64,000 bases of DNA from a virus, in IMG/VR virus record IMGVR_UViG_3300036795_000241, positions 1 through 64,000 of that record. One strand, written 5' to 3'. The notes beneath the pieces were generated by a model. That model made no database searches and was not told the DNA's origin. It saw only the letters and a program-made list of their open reading frames with translations. The position numbers were made by a program, and so were the translations under genes. Below, one piece after another: positions 39,499 to 49,801 of the stretch. Every line of letters starts with the position of its first letter. The stretch's first letter is position 1.

Positions 39499-39721
39499 AT
39501 GGCGTTCATCGTAACGTACCGCAAGCCAGCGACCGAGTCCGGCGTTCCCGGACCGATCATCGAGCAGATCGCCATTCCGGACGAGCCTCAGCTGACCCAG
39601 ATCGTGGTGGTCGAGGAAGAGCTCACGTTCATCTTCGCGGACGGCGCGGAGAAGACCATCTACGACATACCCGATGAGTGGGTCACGGTGACGCAGAGCG
39701 GTGCGACAAGGGAGGCAACGA

Positions 39722-40183
39722 ATGGACACTGAGCAGGCGGACTACTTCGAGATACCGCCGGAGGGCGATCTCGTTCCGCCAGTGGGCTCCCGGGTCTTCG
39801 CCAAGCGAGAAGGCGAACCCGATCGTGTCGGTCTCGTGGTCGCGTGGGGTCGCGACAAAGCGGCGCACGAGCGTTTCGTCCAGCTCAAGAAAACGGCCGG
39901 CGAGAGCGCGTACGAGGCCCTGGTCGACAGCGAAGGACCGATTGTCGAGTTCGATGACGGCAACGGCGGACTGACCACCGAGTTCTACCCCGGGCAGAGC
40001 GTTACCGCGCTCAACCCGTATCAGATCCGCGAGAACATCCCGACCCGCACCGCCGGTATCGATGAGGCGGAAGCGAATCGTCTCGTAGATGCGTTCCGCG
40101 AGGGGTTCCCGGACGTTCACCCGGAAAGCAAGATTCGCGGTACCGTTACCGGTCGCCTGAACCCGCGGGACCCGGATTCCTGA
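39722..40183 (+). CDS. Hypothetical protein
   Basis: GGAGG RBS; high-GC3 codon use. Confidence 0.65.
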   Translation: MDTEQADYFEIPPEGDLVPPVGSRVFAKREGEPDRVGLVVAWGRDKAAHERFVQLKKTAGESAYEALVDSEGPIVEFDDGNGGLTTEFYPGQSVTALNPYQIRENIPTRTAGIDEAEANRLVDAFREGFPDVHPESKIRGTVTGRLNPRDPDS

Positions 40184-40190
40184 GGACCCA

Positions 40191-40316
40191 GGGTGAAATG
40201 GGCAGGCCAGGGTCCCAGTACTACATCGTATAAAGGTCCTGGCCTGCCCGACCTGCCCCGAAGGTATGCGACCATGTCAAATGACATGCCCCCACCATGA
40301 TCACTTCCTCAGGAGA
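40191..40316 (+). repeat. Conserved 126-nt hairpin element, copy 1
   Basis: Aligns with the reverse complement of 62556-62680; 15-bp stem with compensatory changes. Confidence 0.8.
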
Positions 40317-40484
40317 CTTTCGGTATGGGACAAGCTAGAAAGGATAAGCCGAAAATTTCATCCCGCGAAAGTATCCTGATTGAGCAGCAGGAGGAGCTAG
40401 CCAGGCGAAATGCGTGGCGAGAGCCAGTACGTGGAACCGTTGTTCGGTGACAAAGAAGCAAATATAACCACTTCCTAACAGGAC

Positions 40485-40513
40485 TTGACAGTGTGCCAGG
40501 TGGCGGGTAAACT
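40485..40513 (+). promoter_or_regulatory. Promoter of the candidate structured RNA
   Basis: TTGACA-17-TAAACT. Confidence 0.8.
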
Positions 40514-40520
40514 TGCTCCT

Positions 40521-40736
40521 GTGGACGGCAACCAGAAGCGTCGGAAGCGCTTTGACATCGGGGCAACTGGCGCTCGCACTTCCCCCCCAGGCGAGTGGCC
40601 GCCTTCGGGTCCGGTTTCCGTTCATGCACTATCGGCTCGGGGAGCTACTACCTAGTACGCGATCGTCCGGCGGAACCTTCTTCGCCCCCGTGAGAGGGAA
40701 CCCTGGACATCGTGAAAGGGTAGCTCCCCGAGCTGA
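40521..40736 (+). ncRNA. Candidate two-domain structured RNA
   Basis: Starts 7 nt after a consensus -10; 13-position and 17-bp closing stems with G-U pairs, a UUCG loop and a C7 loop. Confidence 0.65.
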
Positions 40737-40775
40737 CTTTATGCCTGCCGCTAAGCACGAGGGACGGACCGCGAC

Positions 40776-41702
40776 GTGGGACAAGACAGCTCGGGGAGCT
40801 ACTATCTCGGCAACGTACACCTGCAGACTGCACTCGGTGGCGCCGGCGGTAGCTACGCCGGTTCGAATATCGAACACGTGTACCACAAAACGGGCAACGA
40901 GGTTCGCGTAACGGATCCGCAGCTCGGTAAGTTCGCCATCTCCGCCGCCGCATATCAAGCGGTGCGCAACGCCGTCCTCCGTGAGCTAAGCGATAAGCTA
41001 CCGGCGCCTTTCGTTGGGCTGCTTAATGTAATGTCCGGCGAACAAGATCTCAACTTGACAGGCCGGGTAACTTCGGCTACACTGGAGGAAGATAAGCCAG
41101 TTGGCCGCGACGAGACGGAGGACGAGATGACACTGCGCAAACAGCCGATTACCCGCGAGGGAGCGGAGGCGCTGGCGCGGCGAGCCGCCGAGGAGCTGGC
41201 GTTCCTCGACCGGCTGGAGGACAAGTACGGCGCCGAGCCGCAGGACGGAGCGGTGATCCGGTTCACGAAGCAGTTCGCCTCACCGTCCTACGGTTACTCG
41301 GCACCGACATCACAGGTGGTCCGGTACACGTATGCCGGGATCCGCGCGAACGGGAAGTGGTACCTGACCGGCGCCAAAGGATCGCAGTCGTGGTCGTGGT
41401 TCGAGCTACTGAACTGGCTGGACGAGGGCGTTCCGGCGGAGCACTTTGTCGTCCTCTCCAGTGGCTTCGATCCGGATCCGGTCGACGTTACCGAGCGCAT
41501 TCTCGAGCACCGCGTCGTTTACGATGAGCCGGGTAGCGTTCCCGGAGGCGACATCGATGCGGCCACGACCGAATTCCACGATGCGGAATACGACATCATC
41601 TCCCGTGCGCACCCGCGCTTCACGCCGAATCAGATCGAGGCGTTTATCGCGGACGAGCACAACTGCGCTAAGTGCATTAGCATGCGGGAGGACGTCAAGT
41701 GA
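40776..41702 (+). CDS. Hypothetical protein with an internal promoter and start at 41127
   Basis: Single ORF; internal TTGACA-17-TACACT and GGAGGA-ATG. Confidence 0.6.
   Translation: MGQDSSGSYYLGNVHLQTALGGAGGSYAGSNIEHVYHKTGNEVRVTDPQLGKFAISAAAYQAVRNAVLRELSDKLPAPFVGLLNVMSGEQDLNLTGRVTSATLEEDKPVGRDETEDEMTLRKQPITREGAEALARRAAEELAFLDRLEDKYGAEPQDGAVIRFTKQFASPSYGYSAPTSQVVRYTYAGIRANGKWYLTGAKGSQSWSWFELLNWLDEGVPAEHFVVLSSGFDPDPVDVTERILEHRVVYDEPGSVPGGDIDAATTEFHDAEYDIISRAHPRFTPNQIEAFIADEHNCAKCISMREDVK
41055..41083 (+). promoter_or_regulatory. ORF-internal promoter
   Basis: TTGACA-17-TACACT. Confidence 0.75.
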
Positions 41703-42913
41703 CATTCACGCCAACGAAGGAGCAGGACGAAGCCCTCGACACGATCTTCCAGTGGTACAACGAAGGCGGAATGACGCTGACGATGGGCGGGTACGCGGGA
41801 ACCGGTAAGACAACGATTCTCGGCGTCCTCCCGGAGCACTTGTCCGGTATCCGAATGGTCTACGTGTCGTACACCGGTAAGGCGGTAAGCGTACTCCGCG
41901 GTAAGCTGCCGCGCGGAAGCGAATGCAGTACGATTCACCGGCTGCTCTATCATCCGCGTAAGGAACTGCTCTGCATCGAATCGGGTGAGCCGGTACCGTT
42001 TATCGGCGGTTACTGCTCCGAACACCACGACAATCCGCGAATTGAGCCGGACACGGAGTTGCCGGTTCCATGCGAAACCAAGTCGCACCTGAACTGGTCG
42101 CTGGTCCAGAATCCACTGGACGGGATCGACCTGGTCGTGGTCGATGAAGCGTCGATGGTAAGCGAGAAGCTATGGCAGGATCTGACGCGCTGGGACGTTC
42201 CAGTGCTGGCGGTCGGTGACCACGGACAGCTTCCGCCGATTCGGTCCGAGTTCAACCTGATGGCAAACCCGCACATCAAGCTCGAGAAGATTCTGCGGCA
42301 AGCCGCCGATTCGCCAATCATCCAGATGGCGACACAAGCGCGAACGGAAGGACGGATCAAGCCCGGCGATTACGGTCAAGGGTGCATGAAGATTCCGCAG
42401 CACCAGCTGTACCGCGTTCCGCTCAATCCGAACAACGGCGACCTCGCAATTGTCGGGTTCAACCGCACCCGCAACGAGCTCAACGAGTTCTACCGCCGAA
42501 AGAACGGGCGCAAGGGCGACCCCACGGTCGGTGACGTGGTCATCTGCCTGCGCAACAACTACGAGGCCGGCGTGTTCAACGGGATGCGCGGTACCGTGGT
42601 TGACTACGAGACGATGCCGTACGGCGACCGCGCTTTCGCGGAGATCGCACTGATGGATGAGGAGTTCGAATACACCGGCGAGATCTCCAGTGAGCAGTTC
42701 GGTAAGCCGAAGACGCTTTCCGATACCCCCCGGCGTTTCGGACTGTTCGATTTCGGCTATGCGATGACGTGCCACAAGGCGCAAGGCAGCCAGGCGAATC
42801 GGGTGCTGGTAGTCGAAGAGCGGATGCCCCGTGCCGACAATGAAATGCACGCGCGGTGGTTGTACACGGCAGCGACAAGAGCGGCGAAGGAGTTGGTCAT
42901 CGTTGGCCGTTAG
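41699..42913 (+). CDS. RecD/Dda-like SF1B helicase
   Basis: GYAGTGKT, TIHRL, VDEASMV, GDHGQLPP, TCHKAQGS and LYTAATRA motifs. Confidence 0.93.
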   Translation: MTFTPTKEQDEALDTIFQWYNEGGMTLTMGGYAGTGKTTILGVLPEHLSGIRMVYVSYTGKAVSVLRGKLPRGSECSTIHRLLYHPRKELLCIESGEPVPFIGGYCSEHHDNPRIEPDTELPVPCETKSHLNWSLVQNPLDGIDLVVVDEASMVSEKLWQDLTRWDVPVLAVGDHGQLPPIRSEFNLMANPHIKLEKILRQAADSPIIQMATQARTEGRIKPGDYGQGCMKIPQHQLYRVPLNPNNGDLAIVGFNRTRNELNEFYRRKNGRKGDPTVGDVVICLRNNYEAGVFNGMRGTVVDYETMPYGDRAFAEIALMDEEFEYTGEISSEQFGKPKTLSDTPRRFGLFDFGYAMTCHKAQGSQANRVLVVEERMPRADNEMHARWLYTAATRAAKELVIVGR

Positions 42914-43738
42914 CCAGAAAGCGCTGGTCGAAGTGCTATCCGGCGATAAGCTAGGACCGATAATCGGCCAGTGCCGAGGACTAAGTTACGAGGAGATCGC
43001 CCGGTACATTCTCAACGGTCTCGAAGAGAAAGGCGTTGCGGAGGTCGTAGAAGCTGTACACGAAGCGATTTCGTATTGTCGTCAACGCGAACCGGAGCCG
43101 TACGATCCGCCTCGCGACGAATTCACGGAGGGGCTAAAGCTACTCGTACACCCGATAGCCGAGTACGCACTCATTCGTAACCCGAAGCTCGTTAGCAGCT
43201 ACGTGCTAGCGGAAGTCGCGCCCGGACGAAAAGAGCTTTACGGGATTCCGGTCGAGCGGCTGCTCCCGTCACTTCCAGGAACGTGGAAGCTAGTGAACAA
43301 GTACGGAGCGACGCTAAAGCATGGCGCCGTTATCGAAATCATCGCCTGAAAGGAGTAGCGGATGGTCCGCCACCGTACGCTACGTGCAGTAACCGAAGAA
43401 GATCGGCTGTTCTTCGAATGGCTAGACACCGTGCCGATCGAGTGGCTCGAGTGTCGGCTGAAGAACCAGCACCGCTTGCCGGACCTGATCAGCGAAGACA
43501 CCGCAGTGTCGAAGCCCAAGTATCTTAAGGGGCGGGTGCTGATCGAATCCGACTGTGAGCGTTGCGGTACCCATGTCTCGCAGATTTCCAACCGGGAAGG
43601 TTATCTCGAGAGTGCCGGTCGACCGAACTACATTTACCCCGAAGAATACGCGCTTCCGCCGGGCGCCGGACACATCACTCGCGATCGCCGGGCCATTATC
43701 CGTCTCTACATCCTCGATCGAAAGGCAGCCGCAGCTAG

Positions 43739-44401
43739 ATGACCGAGGAAAACGAGATCCGCATCTATCCGGTCTACATTGACGGGCCGCTGAAAGGAAA
43801 GGAGCATGCGATACGGGACCCGCGAATCTCGCTAGTACTACCTCTGCCTACTAACACGGTTAACGGTGATACCGCAAGCGATGATCCCCTAAGCATCGAC
43901 ACAGAACGCGTAGTTTATCACTTCTACCCGTGTAGGCTGTTCCGCCGTGTCATTATTCTCGGATCGCTGCATTCCAGTGACGCTGAACTCGATCTCGATA
44001 ACGTATTCGATCAGGTGATCTCTGCGTATGCCAAGCGTTCCGTGATATTATACCCGCTAATGAGGGACGGAATGCCACGAATCGAAGACATCATTGGTGC
44101 GACATATCGCCAATTGGATCACTGGTGCCGGACCGGCTACCTGAAGCCAGTTGGCGGAACGAATGGCGTACAGCGCCGGTTCCCGCCCGAGGAGCTGAAA
44201 GTCGCGAAAACGATGGCGCGCTTGGTCGATCTCGGATTCAATCCGGGGGCGGCTGCTAGTTACGCACGCCGGATGGTTCGTGACGGTGATGTCGGGAAGG
44301 TCGAATTCACCGAGGAGGGTCGGCTAAAACTCGCCGGCATTTTCTCGGAACGCTACAAGGAACGTGCGCAAAGCCGAATAGCAAGCTTGACAGATAGGTA
44401 A
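43739..44401 (+). CDS. Protein with a C-terminal MerR-type HTH
   Basis: GATYRQLDHW...G.L.P...RRF motif; in-frame ATG at 44072 with GAGGG RBS. Confidence 0.7.
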   Translation: MTEENEIRIYPVYIDGPLKGKEHAIRDPRISLVLPLPTNTVNGDTASDDPLSIDTERVVYHFYPCRLFRRVIILGSLHSSDAELDLDNVFDQVISAYAKRSVILYPLMRDGMPRIEDIIGATYRQLDHWCRTGYLKPVGGTNGVQRRFPPEELKVAKTMARLVDLGFNPGAAASYARRMVRDGDVGKVEFTEEGRLKLAGIFSERYKERAQSRIASLTDR

Positions 44402-44415
44402 GTTTCGGCTATACT
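44387..44415 (+). promoter_or_regulatory. Housekeeping-sigma promoter
   Basis: TTGACA-17-TATACT. Confidence 0.8.
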
Positions 44416-46096
44416 GGAAGCACCAGCCCGGACCCCGCTGGAGAGCAGGAGCGTAGTGCGTTGGAGCCCGTGTCACTCGACAGCCAGCGTAAGGTACAAC
44501 GGATTCTAGCCGAGGAGGGACAGACACTCCGCGACCTGCACGAGCGGATTAACGGTGAGCTCGGAATCGGTAAGAAGGATGCGGATCCCGAGCTTATCGC
44601 ACTACTTGACGAGTTCGACCCGCCAACCGAAGGGGAAGCAGTTGGCACTTGAGGTGTATGATATCGAGGTATTTCCGACCAAGGACGGGCGGGACAGCGA
44701 GCGGGGCATTTTCGACATCGAGATACGACACAACGAGCAGCAAGGCACCACGTTTCGGCTTACCCCGTCAGCGATGCGTCTCGCCATTCAGCGGATGCAG
44801 GTGGCACTGGCGGAGCACGAGGACTACGCAAAGCGCGAAATCGACACTGAGGAGCAACCCTTCTAATGGACCTGGAGCAAGTAAAGCGGATTCGCACAAT
44901 GGCGACCTGGTTGCGCCGGTCATCCCGGACCGCGGAGCAATACCCGAAGCGCGACCAGCTCTCCGGAACCGAGATCTTCGATGCGAAGCAGTTCGCTTCC
45001 GGGGTGTACCCGTGGCCTTCGAGATGGACGATTCGGCTCACCCGCCTCGCAAAGGAGGGATAGCCCGTGTCGGCGCAAATCGTCAGCGCACTTTACGACC
45101 GCGCGCGGATCCTGGATGCCGAGGCGAAGGACCTCGCGGACCAGGGGCTTACCGAGGACCTCCACGTACCCGGGCGTACAGTCGACAACCTCCGCTTTCT
45201 CGCCGAGGAGTTCCGCAAACTGGGTCGCAACGCAGAGGCGCCCTGATGCCGGAGGACATTCGCAACTCGGCATTCCCGAGCACGATGTACGGACGCGCGA
45301 TCGTGCTGCTCACTCGTGACGGCTATAAGCCGGAGCAGATTTCCGCGTTTCTGCGGATCGCTCTCGATGACGTGAAGGTCATCCTCGCGGTGAACAAGAT
45401 CGAGCGATCGCGGGTGGATAGCTACGAGCCGAGAGCGGTCCGTCCAGTGGTCGGCACGATCTGGGTCTGGGAGCACGAGTCGGCGCCTGAGCTGATCAAA
45501 GTCACCGCCGTCCGCTGGAACGGCGAAGAGTGGTTTGTCGGAACGAAGAAGCTCGGTGGCGTCGCAATTCCGTCGTGGCGTCCTTGGCTGGCCGATACTA
45601 CCGAAAGCTGGAACGACTTGTCGCGCTTCTGGGAGGCGTGCCACTACGTAGCAAAGACCGCCGGACCGCCTAGCACCAAAGGCATCCTGCGCACCGGACC
45701 GCCACTACCCGGGGAGCTCGCAAATGGCTGACATGGAGCCGCAGATCCGGCGCACTAAGGACGGGTTCGAGTTCATCGTTCCTCCGCCAGTGTCGGTACC
45801 GGACGATATTACGCCGGAGCAGGTGCAGGCGTACATTCGCAACCGTTACGGACGCCTCGATACGATGATCGCCGAGGAGGGCTTCCGCGCGGCGTACCAC
45901 CGCGATGACGTATGGCGCATCTGCCTCGAGGCTGAGCTAGCCGAGATGTTCCGCGAGTTCCGATGAGTGATCTCGAGAGGGCGATCGAGCTGCTAAAGGC
46001 GGGCGTAATCGCCTACTCGTCACACGACACGGACCAGATGCACGACTGGTCGATGAAGGCACAGGAATTCGTCCGGGAGACGCAAGGTCGTCCCGC

Positions 46097-46125
46097 TTGA
46101 CCTCCAGGTAGTTATCGGCTATACT
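46097..46125 (+). promoter_or_regulatory. Housekeeping-sigma promoter
   Basis: TTGACC-17-TATACT. Confidence 0.75.
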
Positions 46126-46134
46126 GGAATGAAT

Positions 46135-46205
46135 GTCACCGGGTCCCCGAAAGCCGGATGCAGTGAAGTTAGTACGGGACCCGGTGGCTTGCTAAGGAGA
46201 AGCAA
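46135..46205 (+). promoter_or_regulatory. Structured 5' leader with a GAA/AGUA internal loop
   Basis: 13-bp stem 46135-46147/46176-46188; second small hairpin with the RBS in its loop. Confidence 0.6.
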
Positions 46206-46428
46206 CGAATGGGCTGGCGAAGTGATGTACCGGGAGCAAGCGAGGCTCGGCGGATCACCCGCGAGAAGAAAGCCGTAAGCGAAAACCGAAGACGAAGCAC
46301 GCATTCCGACAATTCGTTCCCGCATTTCAGTACCCGCAGCGGACAGTGCATGTGCCTCTCGACATGCTGTCACGGGGTTAGCGGATGTCACTGCAAGAGC
46401 TGTCCGTGTCTAGGGAAGGGACACTAAA

Positions 46429-47286
46429 ATGCCGCCAGTAGCTCCTCGAAGGGTGCGCCCAGCGCGCCGTGAAGCCGACCCGCCGCCAACGAATGGCGAT
46501 GGCGAAACACCGACTCCGCCAGTGCGGGAAGACCCGTGGTCGCCCGCCAGTTCGATGCGCGATATGCAGGGGCTGCTCCTCCTGCTATTCGGCTTTCCGG
46601 GCTGCGGTAAGACGACACTGGGCACGACCGTTACCCGTTCCGAACTCGGATCGCCACTTCTCGTCGTAAACTTCGATGAGGAAGTGCGGTCGATCGCGGA
46701 TCGCGACGACATCATGGTCTGGCCCGGCGTAAAGCAGGGCGGGAAAGTCGGTAGCTGGGATAAGGCGAACGCGTTTCTCACCCGGCTGCAGGGTCGCGAG
46801 CATCCGTTCAAGAGCATTATGTTCGACACGCTGAACCGCGCGGCGGAGCTCGCACTGCGTAAAGTTCGCGAAAGCGGTAACCCGAATCGTGACGGTCGGC
46901 AGATCTTCGGTGAAGCCAACGACATGGTGCTTCAGCTGGTCGAAACGTGGGCGACACTATCCCGTGAGCGCGGGATCAACGTCATCTTCACGTGTCACGC
47001 GAGGGAGGTGCAGGAAGGCGAGAACGGACCGGTATACATCCGGCCCGATGTCACTCCCGGAATCGTTCGCGGGCTGTACCAGAAGGTGTCGACTATCGGC
47101 TACCTGGAGGACGCGAGGACCAATCGTCCGCGCAAGCTGATTACGCACAATACGGCGCGCGTGGTGGCGAAGAACCATCAGCCACGAAGCGGACCGCAGG
47201 TGCCGACCGATATCAGCGACCCCGATCTCGGCAAGATTATCGATCACGTACGCCACGTTAAGCGGTATGCGGCGGCGGACGCATGA
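46429..47286 (+). CDS. AAA ATPase (Sak4-like recombinase family)
   Basis: GFPGCGKTT, IMFDTL and VIFTCH motifs; SSB-like and exonuclease genes in the same arm. Confidence 0.8.
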   Translation: MPPVAPRRVRPARREADPPPTNGDGETPTPPVREDPWSPASSMRDMQGLLLLLFGFPGCGKTTLGTTVTRSELGSPLLVVNFDEEVRSIADRDDIMVWPGVKQGGKVGSWDKANAFLTRLQGREHPFKSIMFDTLNRAAELALRKVRESGNPNRDGRQIFGEANDMVLQLVETWATLSRERGINVIFTCHAREVQEGENGPVYIRPDVTPGIVRGLYQKVSTIGYLEDARTNRPRKLITHNTARVVAKNHQPRSGPQVPTDISDPDLGKIIDHVRHVKRYAAADA

Positions 47287-47857
47287 CCGAGCCGGCTAAA
47301 GGGCGTCGTTGGTACCGACATCCGCGTCAGCAAGCAGCGGTAAAGCCGCCGGTTATCTTTCCGGACGTGATGTTCTACGGCCCGTATCTCGACTGCCACG
47401 ATACGTGGATCGGCATGTACTGGAAGCACGACGTGCAGGGCTGGGATGGTGGCTGGTGGGAGGGCTGGCGATTCTACCTAGTGCTCCTTCCCACGACGGT
47501 ATTGCGGATGGACGTGGATCGGTCCGGACGGGATACGCTAGCCTTCCGCCGGTGGAAACGGGAGACCGGACAGAATCCGCGTCCTAACTATCGGCGATGG
47601 AAGGCGTACGCATGATCATCCTCGATTGGCGCAAGAACGAAAAGCCGTGCGCCCATCCGTTCGAATCGCAGCGGCTTATCGCGATTCATCACTGGTTCCC
47701 GGAGGACGAAGACCTCGATCGTATTCCGAAGACATTCGTCCTCCGCCAGTGTGACAAGTGTCTCGAGCCGAACGTGCTCACGCTATTCGGTACGTGGGAT
47801 CTGGCGCAGCTGGATTCGCTGTCCCGTAAGGTATCTACCCGACTATAAGGAGAATCG

Positions 47858-48415
47858 ATGCCTGTTTCGACTTCCGCTCCCGAAGCTAAGCTCGGCTGGC
47901 TAAAGCCGGCGGACGTGATCGTATGTCGCACTGGCGGAATCGAAGCCGAGTTCATTCGCTTCGGTGCCGAACTCATCGACAAGCCGAACCTCGACAATCA
48001 CGTCGTGGTGGTCGATCACATCGATGCGGCCGGTACCGTGTGGGGTATCGAAGGTCGCCCCGGCGGCGTCGGATGGGTCGACTGTGCGAAGTACTTCGGT
48101 AACGGATACGCGCTCACGAATCGGCGCCAACCGAAGTCCGATGAACAGCGAGCTCACGTTACCGGAACGATGAAGAAGCTAGTCGGTACCGGTTACGACT
48201 GGCGCGCAATTATCGAGGATTGCGGTGACGACCTGCACATTCCCGATCCGTGGCGGGAGAAGTGGAACGGACTCGTACCGGGTCACGTGGTGTGCAGCTC
48301 CGGAGCCATCATCGGTTACTACGGTTCCGGCTTGCTTTATCCGACTGATATCGACATGGCGCATATCCAGCCCGCCGACTGGACCGCGTTCATTCTGCAG
48401 CACAGCTACGAATAG
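47858..48415 (+). CDS. Permuted papain-like (NlpC/P60, YiiX-type) protein
   Basis: PAD, NH, IEG.PGGV, G..YDW and VCSS in that order, i.e. His before Cys. Confidence 0.7.
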   Translation: MPVSTSAPEAKLGWLKPADVIVCRTGGIEAEFIRFGAELIDKPNLDNHVVVVDHIDAAGTVWGIEGRPGGVGWVDCAKYFGNGYALTNRRQPKSDEQRAHVTGTMKKLVGTGYDWRAIIEDCGDDLHIPDPWREKWNGLVPGHVVCSSGAIIGYYGSGLLYPTDIDMAHIQPADWTAFILQHSYE

Positions 48416-48424
48416 GAAGTAACG

Positions 48425-49570
48425 ATGGAAACCGCTCTCGCCGCCATATCCGCACTCTTCGTCCTGCTTACCGCGCTCTGCCTGTGGCTCATCCGCCAAG
48501 TGTGGCTACTGCGGTACCGTACGCCCGGTAAGCACGCTGTCGCTGTCGAGGTTAAGCCGGCACCGACCAACGATGAGCCGGACGTCAAGGACGCGCTGAT
48601 CGCTAAGCTCGAAGCGGACCTTCGTGACGCACGTAACGAAAGCCTCGCAATGGTTGGCGATCTAAGGCGACAGCTGGCCGAAGCGGACGCCAATGCGACG
48701 TTGCGGATTCAGCGTTCCGAAGCACTGGCGGAACGCCAGGCGGGTGAGCGGATTGCCGCGATTAGACAAGAATACACGGAGAGGCGACGAGCGGAGAATA
48801 AAGCGTCTAACGCTCGCTCACGTACCGCACTGGTTGCGAAAATCGGCGAGCACCTTGCACCGCTTTTCGAAGGCTTCAAGTATAACTTGAAAGATGTAAG
48901 ACACGTAGGCGAGATATTCGATTTCCTTGTCTTTGATGGACTCGAGGAAGGCGAAATTCGTCAGGTGGTCTTTCTCGAGGTAAAGACAAAGCGAAGTGGC
49001 GCACGAGTTACGAACCCGCGTGAGAAGATGCTACGGGATGCCGTTGAAAATGGTCGTGTGTCCTACGATATCTACGTACCGCCGGTTAATGGAAGCTTAG
49101 TTATGCGAACATGTAGCGTAGTACTTCCGGGCGGAGCGGACTGCCCCAAAAAGCATTACGCGCTAGGTTTCTGTCGTCCGCACTACTACCGAAAAAGGCG
49201 GTACGGAGATCCGGGCTTTATTCCGGATATCACGCAGGACGGTAATCCGAACTGGAGCGAAGTACCGGGATACCGCGCAAAGCACGGACGTGTGCGCAGA
49301 GCTTACGGAAAGGCTAGCGAATACGAATGCGAAAACTGCGAAAAGCAAGCTAGCGACTGGGCGATGCTGCATGATACGAACGGAGAAGATATCGATGACT
49401 TTATCCCGCTGTGTCGAAGCTGTCACTGCCTCTACGACGATATCGGAAGACACTGGCGCGTAAAGTCGCCACCGCATTGCTCAACGTGTACTTGCAGCAT
49501 AAACGGAGGAACTAATGGCCGACCCCGCCGGCGAAGCGTTCGCCCGGACGGTGACTCCACCGCAGATTGA
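48425..49570 (+). CDS. TM + coiled coil + Holliday-junction-resolvase-like endonuclease, fused to an HNH-type domain
   Basis: EHLAP, DFLVFDG and FLEVKT; then C..C, GFC.PHY, CENC and PLCRSCH. Confidence 0.75.
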   Translation: METALAAISALFVLLTALCLWLIRQVWLLRYRTPGKHAVAVEVKPAPTNDEPDVKDALIAKLEADLRDARNESLAMVGDLRRQLAEADANATLRIQRSEALAERQAGERIAAIRQEYTERRRAENKASNARSRTALVAKIGEHLAPLFEGFKYNLKDVRHVGEIFDFLVFDGLEEGEIRQVVFLEVKTKRSGARVTNPREKMLRDAVENGRVSYDIYVPPVNGSLVMRTCSVVLPGGADCPKKHYALGFCRPHYYRKRRYGDPGFIPDITQDGNPNWSEVPGYRAKHGRVRRAYGKASEYECENCEKQASDWAMLHDTNGEDIDDFIPLCRSCHCLYDDIGRHWRVKSPPHCSTCTCSINGGTNGRPRRRSVRPDGDSTAD

Positions 49571-49771
49571 CATTCCCAGTGTCCGGCCAGACGAAAACCT
49601 ATCGCCGCGGGAGCTTCTCGAAAGGGCGGTCTTCGAATCGCTCGGTCGCGCCTCGGTGTGCTGGGAGGACTTCCCGTCCGGGGTGTTCCTCGCGGAGCAG
49701 GCGAAGGCGGTTGGCGAAAACTTGCTCGAATGCATTGACGCGTTCGTGCAGCACAAACTTCAGGGTAGCGG

Positions 49772-49801
49772 TTGACAGTTTGCGACTGGCTATGCTATAC
49801 T
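49772..49801 (+). promoter_or_regulatory. Promoter of the SSB-like gene
   Basis: TTGACA-18-TATACT. Confidence 0.8.

Noticed and set aside
40555-40625. HDV-like ribozyme or tRNA (GGGCAAC word, multi-stem fold)
   Set aside because: The helix order does not give the nested double pseudoknot, and no T-loop, D-loop or acceptor geometry is present
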